Of a stretch of DNA of 64,000 nucleotides, positions 18,082-26,495 are shown piece after piece (position 1 is the first letter of the stretch; the number at the start of each line of letters is the position of its first letter). Position numbers and translations under genes: made by a program. The stretch covers positions 39,613 through 103,612 of the forward strand of contig CACYLW010000006.1 in assembly GCA_902775345.1 (NCBI GenBank), given 5' to 3'. The DNA comes from an uncultured Eubacteriales bacterium. GTDB lineage: Bacteria > Bacillota > Clostridia > Peptostreptococcales > Anaerovoracaceae. The notes beneath the pieces are model-generated. The model was not told the DNA's origin. It searched no databases and saw only the letters and a program-made list of their open reading frames with translations.

Positions 18082-19011
18082 GCATACCCCCTAATTATTG
18101 TGTAGATGCGTTCGTGTATATCCGTTGATCGTCTTGTTTTTCTTACGTTTTCAAAACGATCCTAATCATAGTAAGTATACCATATAGACACGCCGGCACG
18201 CGCCCATAATAAAAATATGCCCGCCGTATTAACAATATGCCCGCAATATCAGCATTCTGCGCATCGCCCTAGCACTTAAAAACATGATCCGGCAATATTC
18301 ATGATATGCAGAGTCTTGTTGTAGTCCACAAGAAAGCGAATTCTGTTGCAAAACGTTTCACTTGCAGTGCTTTACCCTTAAAAATCTTGTTGCAAGGACT
18401 ACAGTCTTTTCCAGCAATCGACCCGGCCCACCCTGAACCACCACGATCGACGCTTTTTACTGCCTTTAATAAACTGTCGCAGGATTTATCCGTCAACTTC
18501 TGCATCTTTTTCACATGTTTTCTATTCATTGATATGAATATCCATACATTTTAGATGAATCTGCGCTTGTTTTGCCTTCGTCATTTTGACCCAAGTAGTC
18601 GGGTAAGTGCAGAAATCGTTCGCAGAGGACTGCAAGTGTAGTCCACAAGGTACCTTTTGCATAAAAAATGACTACCATTCCACACCTTCATAAGCAATAT
18701 CACACCTTTTACAATAGCTGTTTCATGATCTCAAACATCGGCTTGTGCTGTGTTCACCGGAGTTCATCCTGTCATGTTCACCTATCTTTGCACCCATTGG
18801 GTACCGGTGTTTTTGCTTTCTGTTCAGGGTAATTTGTTTTTTCATAACTTTTCCCAAAAGAAGTGCTTTCATTGCAGGAATAAGTGCTTTTTTTGTTTGC
18901 TGATTTTGGGGGCCGGGTTGTAGAATCATATCCCGCGAAAAGAAGCGGAGGGCATTTGCCAATTGGGGCGAAAGAAAATTGCAGCTAATAAACAGGAAGG
19001 AAGAAATAAGA

Positions 19012-19848
19012 ATGTTGGATTCTGAGTTGAAGCTAAGGCTGGAATATGAACGCACAATTCTTGAAGAAACGAAAAAGAGTTACATCATGCGACTCGATCA
19101 GATAAGTTTCAGCAAGGGTTCCCTGTTGAAGAGGACCAAGAATAAGCATCACAAGAATTACTATTATTATGTTAAGCATCCCGGTTCTTCCAACTATAAA
19201 TATGTTGGCCGTGAAGGACATCGTGAAGTAAAGCATGTCCGAGAGGCTCGCTTTCTTGAAAATGCTATCGAAAGAATCAATCGGGATATTGTTCTTATCA
19301 AGTCTCTCGAAGAAGGTTTTCTTCCTTTTGATCCCGGTTCGGTAAATGAGACCCTCCCTAAAATATACCGGACGGATGCGCCTCCGCTGTCGAAGCTGTA
19401 TGAGCGTGAAGGAAAAAAATGGCTGTCAAGCCGCCTGGAGCATCAGAAGCTGTTTCCCGAGAATCACCCTGAACATAAGCAACACAGAACGTCTGACGGA
19501 ATCATGGTCAAATCTGTGAGCGAGCTCACTTTGTATGAGATGATTAAAGGGGCCGGGCTTTTTCAGGTCTATGAGCTGCCGCTGCCCATGAAGGATTTTG
19601 GCCCGCCGATGTATCCCGACTCAACGGTTTTGTCGCCAATCGACATGAAAACGGAGATCATTATTGAGTATGTAGGCCGTCTTGACCTACGCGAATACCG
19701 CGATGATTTCGCGAAAAAAGTCGGCAGATACATTGCATGCGGATATAAGCCCGGAGTCAATCTTTTCTTTGTATTCGGCGACAAGTATGGTCGTGTAGAT
19801 TCCATGCAGATCAAAAAAGTGATAGCCGACATAGTTGGCCGAATCTGA
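19012..19848 (+). CDS. Hypothetical protein, possibly with a nuclease-like C-terminal core (speculative)
   Basis: ATG 19012 is preceded by AGGAAGGAAG. It is the only plus-strand gene in the surrounding ~30 kb. KSVSELTLYEMI...YELPL...YPDSTVL...EIIIEYVG loosely resembles a TnsA/PD-(D/E)xK core. Confidence 0.65.
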   Translation: MLDSELKLRLEYERTILEETKKSYIMRLDQISFSKGSLLKRTKNKHHKNYYYYVKHPGSSNYKYVGREGHREVKHVREARFLENAIERINRDIVLIKSLEEGFLPFDPGSVNETLPKIYRTDAPPLSKLYEREGKKWLSSRLEHQKLFPENHPEHKQHRTSDGIMVKSVSELTLYEMIKGAGLFQVYELPLPMKDFGPPMYPDSTVLSPIDMKTEIIIEYVGRLDLREYRDDFAKKVGRYIACGYKPGVNLFFVFGDKYGRVDSMQIKKVIADIVGRI

Positions 19849-19913
19849 TCTTTCTGTATGCGTGGCTTCAGCAATGATTTTCATTTAACAGATGACAGAA
19901 GATGACAGATAAG

Positions 19914-19941
19914 AAAAAAGCGGTCCCGCTATGGGACCGCC
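19914..19941 (-). terminator. Terminator downstream of the DUF3343 gene, possibly bidirectional
   Basis: GCGGTCCC-GCTA-TGGGACCGC hairpin with an A-run on the plus strand, which is a T-run on the minus strand. Confidence 0.7.
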
Positions 19942-19966
19942 TTTCGTCGCTGTTTGTTAGCTTGTG

Positions 19967-20236
19967 CTATTTGATGGCTTCAAGCCTGTCGCATTGCACC
20001 TGATCGCCGCGGATTATGTGGTAATACGCATAGTCTTCCGGCGCAAGCTTGCTGTTCTCACGGAAAATCTCTTCTGCATCTTCCTTCCTGTCCGGGCGGA
20101 TGCGCACCGAAATGCCGCAGCTCGCCGAGATGAACCTCGGAACGGGCATGATCGTAACTTCAGCCGGCTTCAGCAACTTTTCAGTTGAGATGGCCGCGTG
20201 GGTGGATTCAAAAGTGAGAAGATAATATTCGTCCAT
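19967..20236 (-). CDS. DUF3343 family protein (putative Se/S carrier partner of YedF)
   Basis: MDEYYLLTFESTHAAISTEKLLK...SASCGISVRI. It lies immediately downstream of yedF, the usual pairing. Confidence 0.8.
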   Translation of the reverse strand: MDEYYLLTFESTHAAISTEKLLKPAEVTIMPVPRFISASCGISVRIRPDRKEDAEEIFRENSKLAPEDYAYYHIIRGDQVQCDRLEAIK

Positions 20237-20272
20237 TTACAGTTTGCTTTCCTTTTATAATTTGATGCAATT

Positions 20273-20848
20273 TTACAGCTTGATGACCTTGCTTACTTCC
20301 TGCATCGCGCCAAGTATATCATACATGTTGCTTACTGTGCCAACTTTGAGCTCATCTTTGAGACCGTAGAAGTTGAGGCATGTTCCGCATACGAGGACCT
20401 TTGTTCCTTTTTCGATGAGAGTGTTAAGGTTCTCAACGATCTGCGGCTCAACGCCTGTTACCAGTTTAACGCCTTCATTCATGAAGAGAACGTATGCCGG
20501 GATTTTCTCGGACTCGCTGAGTGTGAAGATAGCCATCTTAGCAAGATTTCCGCCGAGTTCGCTGTTGTTTGTTCCGATAGCGTTAGTGTTGAAGAATACT
20601 GCGTATGTATCAGCCTCTGCAACGCTTGCTCCCTTGATCGTTTCGCCGTTTGCGAACTTTACGAGGAACTTGTCGCCGAATGCTTCGCTTGTAGCCGGTC
20701 TGCCGAGAGCGTCACCGAGTCTCTCAAGGTTGCCTACCTGAGTAGGACCGTCAACGATGATCTCAACATCCTGCTCGCCTGCTTCGAGCTCTTTCTTTGC
20801 CATAATTACAGGAATAGGGCACTGCTTGCCGCCTGCATCGATTCTCAT
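20273..20848 (-). CDS. yedF: YedF-type selenium-metabolism sulfurtransferase-like protein (TusA-like N-terminus, DsrE-like C-terminus)
   Basis: MRIDAGGKQCPIPVIMAKKEL (CPxP). ATG 20848 is preceded by GGAGG. Confidence 0.85.
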   Translation of the reverse strand: MRIDAGGKQCPIPVIMAKKELEAGEQDVEIIVDGPTQVGNLERLGDALGRPATSEAFGDKFLVKFANGETIKGASVAEADTYAVFFNTNAIGTNNSELGGNLAKMAIFTLSESEKIPAYVLFMNEGVKLVTGVEPQIVENLNTLIEKGTKVLVCGTCLNFYGLKDELKVGTVSNMYDILGAMQEVSKVIKL

Positions 20849-21132
20849 TTCATTACCTCCGAATAAAGTCAATATTATCAGGTGTTCTATTGGTCATCGG
20901 CGGCCGGGATCCGGCGTTTCGTGGCCGTAAACCGCCGCGAATGCCAACGACCATACACAACAAATATACTCCCTTTTTCGGAGGTCTAGTATTGATAAAA
21001 ACTATAATGCCCGCTCCAAAACGAGTCGCCGCCTAATAGGACTTTATCCTGCCGGCAGTGGATAGAGCAGCGGCCAGTGGCGTATAGAAAAGTTGCCGGC
21101 GGCGAGCCGCACTCCTGCGCGCTATCTGCGTA

Positions 21133-21678
21133 TTATCTGTAGCAGATCGACGACCTTACCTGCTCTGCGGTCTCTTCGCCCGCAAAGATCTTTGCAAGCG
21201 CAAGGGCGAAGTCGAACGCTGCGCCCAGACCCTGGCCGGTGATGATGTTTCCGTCAACCACCGCGCTCTCGCCTGTCAGGACAGCGCCTTCCATCTTGCC
21301 TTCAAAGCCCGGATGGCAGGTCGCGCGCCTGCCTTCAAGCAGACCCAGCCCGGCCAGAACGGACGGCGCAGCGCAAATCGCAGCAACATGCTTGTCTTTC
21401 GCAAACTCTTTGCACTTCTCCGTCACAAGCGCGCAATTTCCGAGGTTCTCCGTTCCGATCTTTCCGCCCGGCAGGATCACCAGGTCAGCCGAATCGAAAT
21501 CCGCGTCCTCAGCCAGAACGTCAGCCTTTATCGTTATGTTCCTCGCGGAAACAACCTCAAGACGTCCCATGATGGATGCCATGACGGTCTCGACTCCCGC
21601 CCTGCGAAGGATGTCAACAGTTATCAGACCTTCGCACTCTTCAAGTCCGTCCGCCAGAAAAACAATCGCTTTACTCAT
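21133..21678 (-). CDS. DJ-1/PfpI family protein
   Basis: IVFLADGLEECE...HVAAICAAPSVL is the nucleophile-elbow Cys motif. Confidence 0.9.
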   Translation of the reverse strand: MSKAIVFLADGLEECEGLITVDILRRAGVETVMASIMGRLEVVSARNITIKADVLAEDADFDSADLVILPGGKIGTENLGNCALVTEKCKEFAKDKHVAAICAAPSVLAGLGLLEGRRATCHPGFEGKMEGAVLTGESAVVDGNIITGQGLGAAFDFALALAKIFAGEETAEQVRSSICYR

Positions 21679-21843
21679 ACCGCACCTCCGTTATATCTCA
21701 GTCCTTTTTCACACTGCCTTTTATCATGCGTTTTTTTGTACTGTAATATTGTACCACAACAAAAGCCGGCAGTCTGCCTGCCGCAGGTGTGCCGGCATTA
21801 CGGTTTTCTACTATGCGGCTGTCAGTCTATGTTGCTGCGGCTG

Positions 21844-22578
21844 TCAGTCGTGGCGTGTATCGTCGCCGTAGCATTCGCAGAACCTGGCCGCGAAAGCCGG
21901 CGGCTCGTCATGCACGTACAGATGAGAGGTATCCCCGAACGCAAGCATCCTGATGGAAGCGATCCCCTCTCTCCTTTCCTCCGTTACCAGCGTAGTCACC
22001 GACGAAGTCTGCGCACAGAAGCCGTGCCAGACAGGCATCGGCGAAACGCCCCAAAGATGGCTCAGCAGCACCGACTCGACCCCGAAATGGCAGAACAGCA
22101 CGATAGTGTCATGATTAGGTTTCTCCACGCGGTAGCATCTGCCCTCGCGCCGGTAACCGTGCCGCGCCAGAAGCTCATCGAACGCATCCGTCACCTTGCG
22201 GTATGCTTCGCCTACATCACCTTCCGCCATGAGCTCGTTTTCAGTCCAGTGTTCCTCCTGGTAGAAGCGGGGCTCCTGCGTCCAGTCCTGCGGGAGCCAG
22301 TCCCACGGGATGCGCTTTTTCTCCGTATCGTCGGGCCGCCAGATAAAGTAGTCGAATTCCTTCAGCCACGGAAGCACCTCAGCCTGGCGGCCCAGCTTTT
22401 GCAGCGTAAGCGACGCGGTATCACGCGCCCTGCCGTAAGGCGAAGTGTAATAGTAAGTGTTCTCGCTGTCCTGACGGCAGAGCATCTCCGAAAGGTATTC
22501 AGCCTCGCGCCAGCCCTTCTCAGTCAGCGAATCATTTTTATAATCCGGGTCCCCGTGTCTAACGATCAGAATCTTCAT
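21844..22578 (-). CDS. Histidine phosphatase (phosphoglycerate mutase) family protein
   Basis: MKILIVRHGDPDY (RHG motif). Confidence 0.9.
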   Translation of the reverse strand: MKILIVRHGDPDYKNDSLTEKGWREAEYLSEMLCRQDSENTYYYTSPYGRARDTASLTLQKLGRQAEVLPWLKEFDYFIWRPDDTEKKRIPWDWLPQDWTQEPRFYQEEHWTENELMAEGDVGEAYRKVTDAFDELLARHGYRREGRCYRVEKPNHDTIVLFCHFGVESVLLSHLWGVSPMPVWHGFCAQTSSVTTLVTEERREGIASIRMLAFGDTSHLYVHDEPPAFAARFCECYGDDTRHD

Positions 22579-22669
22579 ATTTTTAGCCTAAATATAATCT
22601 ATTCCTCAGTTCCCAAAGCCCGGCTCTGCGGATGCCAGCCGGATCGGCTTATGCAAAGCGCCAGGCGGA

Positions 22670-23530
22670 TCAGTCTGCGGCGGTTGCCATGTTCTGCTCT
22701 ACTACTTTTCCGAATTCCGCGAAGACCTGCACGCCGGTCTCTTCCATCGAATCCGGATGCCACTGCAGTCCGTATACCGGCAGGGTCCTGTGTTCATAAG
22801 CCTCGATGCAGCCGCTTACCGAGTCCCACTCCGTTGCATAAAGCCCTTCGCCCAGCTCGTCCACGCACTGGTGGTGGAAGTGATATGTCTCCGCTTCCCT
22901 GCCGAGCAAGTCGTACATCCAGGTCCCCTGCGCGATCGTGACATAGCGGTCACGCTTATGCCAGCCATCCGGCATGTCCTGGATCGTCGTCCCGCCAAAA
23001 ACGTTATTCACAAGCTGCATCCCGCGGCAGATCCCAAGCACCGGCTTGCCGGCCTCTGCATACATCTCGACCGCAGCGAACTGGAATCTGTCCTTGTCGA
23101 TGTCCGTGCCTGTTGTAGCCGGATCACGCTCCGCGCCGTACATGCTCGGCGTAACGCTGTGCCCGCCCGGGATGATTATGCCGTCGTACTTTTCGATATC
23201 GAGCTCATCGATCGAGCCGACCCTCTCCGTGCGGTAACCGGCATCGGCCATGTAGTCCCTGATGCGCCCCGCGTCTTCGGTATCATAGTCGACGATCGCG
23301 ATCAGAGGATCCGGAGTCTGAGCTTCATCCTGCTCCGCGTCAGCTGTCCCGTTCTCTTCAGAAGCATTCGAATCAGCCGATTCGCCACTTTCATCCGCAG
23401 CCTGCTGATCCTCCGCGGCCGCCTGATCATCGGCGGGAGCCTTTATCATTTTGCACAGCGTAACAACATTAGCCATCAGGCTAAGTATCAGAACCGTCGT
23501 GAAAAGGATCAATGCCGTTTTTTTCTTCAT
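22670..23530 (-). CDS. Membrane-anchored or exported class-I glutamine amidotransferase-fold hydrolase (peptidase C26, gamma-glutamyl hydrolase-like)
   Basis: N-terminal TM/signal MKKKTALILFTTVLILSLMANVV, an acidic linker, then GICRGMQLVNNVFGG, FHHQCV and GLQWHPD (Cys-His triad). Confidence 0.85.
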   Translation of the reverse strand: MKKKTALILFTTVLILSLMANVVTLCKMIKAPADDQAAAEDQQAADESGESADSNASEENGTADAEQDEAQTPDPLIAIVDYDTEDAGRIRDYMADAGYRTERVGSIDELDIEKYDGIIIPGGHSVTPSMYGAERDPATTGTDIDKDRFQFAAVEMYAEAGKPVLGICRGMQLVNNVFGGTTIQDMPDGWHKRDRYVTIAQGTWMYDLLGREAETYHFHHQCVDELGEGLYATEWDSVSGCIEAYEHRTLPVYGLQWHPDSMEETGVQVFAEFGKVVEQNMATAAD

Positions 23531-23846
23531 AAAAAAATGATTCTCCGATCGATGAATTGTCAGTTTTGATTCTGTTATTCATTGTACCAAAAATGCCCCG
23601 GCCGTAATAGCACTTATACTGCATGCGGCTCGCTGCGCCCGACTGCAGCTGCCCGCACCAACCGCTGCCGGCCGCGCCGGATCCCGGCTCAGGAACCGGG
23701 ATCCGTGCTAAGGAAAGGCGGAAACTTCTTCTTGCCGGATTTTGCCCGACTTTTGCCGAAAAAGCATCCTTTTGCAAGAAAAAAGACCCCGGAATCCAGA
23801 TCTGTTGTCTGACTTAGGGGTCATTTTCACTTCACTTTTGAGTGTT

Positions 23847-24623
23847 TCATTTCACTTTTACTGTTATAACGGACACGTTGTCGTGGCTGTTGTTGTCCAG
23901 CGCTTTCGAGACCAGCTTCAGCACTATGTGATCGGCGCTTTCCTCCTTATTGGACTCGAGCAGCGCCACCAGTTCCTCATTATCGACCGCATCCGTAAGG
24001 CCGTCACTGCAGATAATGAAGATATCTCCCGGGCGGCAGTCGACCGACGCGGTGTGCTCATTCAGCTCTATCTCCTCATCAGGCACACTCCCGATAAACT
24101 GCGAGAGTTCATGCCTGAACATGCTGTGGCCTCTGTCAGGTTCCTGCAGGATACCTTTTTCGATCAGCGTCTGCTCCCTGGTGTGGTCGTAAGACATCAT
24201 TTCGAGTTTGTTTCCGCGGAACAGATACACTCTGCTGTCGCCTATGTTACAGGCATGCGCCGTGTGATCATCGAGCACCAGTACGGCTGCCGTCGTGCCT
24301 GAATAGTTGACGGACTCGTCATCAGTATTTTGCCTGATCGCCGACTGGAGAGCCGGAAAGAACGCCTTGATCTTCTTTTCGTCATGCCCCTCGTCAACCA
24401 GCTTCAGCATCTGCGAAGCCATCAGCGAAGCCTGCTCTCCGTCTTCGCCGCCGCCAAGACCGTCAAACACTCCGTATGTGTGGATGCCGCGTCTGCGCCT
24501 GCTTCTGAGGAGCAGATTGTCCGATGACAGGTCGATCCGGTACATTCCGTCAACATATATATTGTCCTGATTCAGTTTTCTTACGTTGCCCCTGTGAGTG
24601 GCCCCGCATGAATCTATCGTCAT
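23847..24623 (-). CDS. PP2C-family Ser/Thr protein phosphatase
   Basis: GVFDGLGG, GTTAAVLVLDD...NIGDSRVY, CSDGL and DNVSVITVKV. ATG 24623 has an AGAGG RBS. Confidence 0.9.
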   Translation of the reverse strand: MTIDSCGATHRGNVRKLNQDNIYVDGMYRIDLSSDNLLLRSRRRRGIHTYGVFDGLGGGEDGEQASLMASQMLKLVDEGHDEKKIKAFFPALQSAIRQNTDDESVNYSGTTAAVLVLDDHTAHACNIGDSRVYLFRGNKLEMMSYDHTREQTLIEKGILQEPDRGHSMFRHELSQFIGSVPDEEIELNEHTASVDCRPGDIFIICSDGLTDAVDNEELVALLESNKEESADHIVLKLVSKALDNNSHDNVSVITVKVK

Positions 24624-24728
24624 TATTTTACCTCTTTGTTTTTTGCACATCGTTGATTATACACAAAGCGCCAAAGAGTTCAAGTTAAAAAATGGTAAGA
24701 TTCGCGAGCCCTGATCTGCCGTAGCCCG

Positions 24729-26495
24729 TCAGAAATACTCGTCATCGCCGGAGTCGAAATAGCCCTTGCTGCCGCCTGAGCTTTCGGATTTCGATGCGCC
24801 GGATGACGAAGATGTCGAGCCGCCTGACGAGCCTGATGACGAACTCGACGATGAGCTGGTCTGGCCCGACGACGAGCCTGACGATGAACCCGAAGACGAT
24901 CTCTTTGATGATCCCGAAGATGATTTGCTTGAGTATGTGACAGGCGGATAGTAGACGACCGGATCGGACACGATCACCTTTGCCTTGTACGTGCAGCCTC
25001 CGGCAGAGACGGTCAGCCCGGTCTCGCCGGCCGAAACCGCAGTAAGCACGTAGTCCTCGGAAACGGTGGCTATCTGCTTATCTCCTGTTTTCATCGAGAC
25101 AGGCTCTTTCGCGAACTTCTCCGGCGAGAGCTCCGGCTCAAGCGTGAGCGTATCGCCCGTAGTGAGTTCTATTTCTTTGTCTATGCCGTCAATCGAAGTT
25201 ACCTTGGGCACTACGCTCACGGTCAGTTCCTCTGAATATTCCTTCGCAGTCATCGTCAGAGGCGCCTCGCCGAGCGCCACCGCATGGATCTTCCCCGCTT
25301 CGTCGACGGTAAACACACTCTCGTCACCGGACGAGAATGTGACAGGTTCGTCCTTGAACCAGTCCGGCGCAACAGTGCATTCCAGCTTGAGATCATCGTC
25401 AATGTAGATCTCCGTGCTGCCCTCTGCATCGCCGGCATTGATGTCCGTAACTTCTTTAGGTATTGCCGCCCAGATGCCGCCGCCGATAAGAGCGCATGCA
25501 GCCACAACGGCCAGCGCTATTTTCAGGAATCTGCCATTGCCGGCGTTTTTCGCCCTGCCTTTTCCGACGCTGATGTTTTCGCCGGCCTCCAGCGCTTCCA
25601 GATCCTGCAGCATCTCTTCGGCGTCCGAATAGCGGTCCGCCCTGTCATACGCGCAGGCCTTCAGCACGATGTTCTTCAGCGACTCAGACCCGCAGCGCGG
25701 AGCGGGGATCTCCTGCCCGTTTATCCTTTTGAGAAAGGCATCCTCTCTGTCGCCCGCATGAACAGGCTCCGGGCTCTGAGGCGTAAACGGCATGCGCCCG
25801 TCATTCAGGTAGCGGTACATCACCATTCCGAGAGAATAAAGATCCACGGAGCTCCCGTAATTCTGACCCCAGTAGACCTCCGGCGCCATGAACTCGTACG
25901 TTCCCTTGCGGGAAAGGCCCGACGTCGTCTGCTCTATAATGCGCGCGATGCCGAAATCGCCAAGCTTATAGCTTCCACTCGGCGAGATGAATATGTTGTC
26001 GGGTTTGATGTCGCGGTGTACGATCCCGTATTTTTTGCACAATGAAAGCCCTCTGCATATATCGCAGCCCATGCGCGCCACCTCATCTGCAGAGAGCGGA
26101 TTATCAATCGAATATTTAACAAGAGGAGTCAGCTCCTCGAGTCTTATGAGTATGTCCCAGCCAATACCGTCCTCATGCCTGAAGATCTCGTGATCCTCAT
26201 AGCTGACGATGTTGCTGTTCCCCTTGAGTTTCGCCAGAAGCTCGAATTCCTGTGTCGTGTTCTCGAGCACGCTTTCATAATAAGCGGCCACCTCTTCGAG
26301 CGTCATGCCGCCCGCCATGAGAGACGCTGTCTCGGACTCACTCGCAGGCACGGAGACCACCTTCAGCGCCGAATAATAAGTGTGACCCAGCGCGTCGGTG
26401 CGGCTTATCCTGTATAGGCTTCCCTCTCCTCCTGAACCTATCTCTTCAATTATGTGCCATGAGCCAAACAGCGGCTCATATTTGCTGTAATTCAT
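24729..26495 (-). CDS. Hanks-type Ser/Thr protein kinase with a TM helix, Big_2-like ectodomain and Ser-rich tail
   Basis: GSGGEGSLY, ALKVV, HRDIKPDN, DFGIAR and MAPE kinase motifs. TM FLKIALAVVAACALIGGGIWAAI, two Ig-like repeats, and a C-terminal (S/G)-rich run of about 60 aa. Confidence 0.9.
   Translation of the reverse strand: MNYSKYEPLFGSWHIIEEIGSGGEGSLYRISRTDALGHTYYSALKVVSVPASESETASLMAGGMTLEEVAAYYESVLENTTQEFELLAKLKGNSNIVSYEDHEIFRHEDGIGWDILIRLEELTPLVKYSIDNPLSADEVARMGCDICRGLSLCKKYGIVHRDIKPDNIFISPSGSYKLGDFGIARIIEQTTSGLSRKGTYEFMAPEVYWGQNYGSSVDLYSLGMVMYRYLNDGRMPFTPQSPEPVHAGDREDAFLKRINGQEIPAPRCGSESLKNIVLKACAYDRADRYSDAEEMLQDLEALEAGENISVGKGRAKNAGNGRFLKIALAVVAACALIGGGIWAAIPKEVTDINAGDAEGSTEIYIDDDLKLECTVAPDWFKDEPVTFSSGDESVFTVDEAGKIHAVALGEAPLTMTAKEYSEELTVSVVPKVTSIDGIDKEIELTTGDTLTLEPELSPEKFAKEPVSMKTGDKQIATVSEDYVLTAVSAGETGLTVSAGGCTYKAKVIVSDPVVYYPPVTYSSKSSSGSSKRSSSGSSSGSSSGQTSSSSSSSSGSSGGSTSSSSGASKSESSGGSKGYFDSGDDEYF

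Noticed and set aside
18299-19055. Track ORFs 18299-18529 (minus), 18306-18554 (plus) and 18723-19055 (minus) in the 18-kb gap.
   Set aside because: They are mutually overlapping on opposite strands, have no RBS and no recognisable motifs. The last one overlaps the better-supported 19012-19848 gene start.
19967-20848. A selenoprotein or SECIS element near yedF/DUF3343.
   Set aside because: Both ORFs are complete without in-frame TGA, and no selD/selA/selB genes are in the window. The yedF-DUF3343 pairing is already a known association and is not novel in itself.
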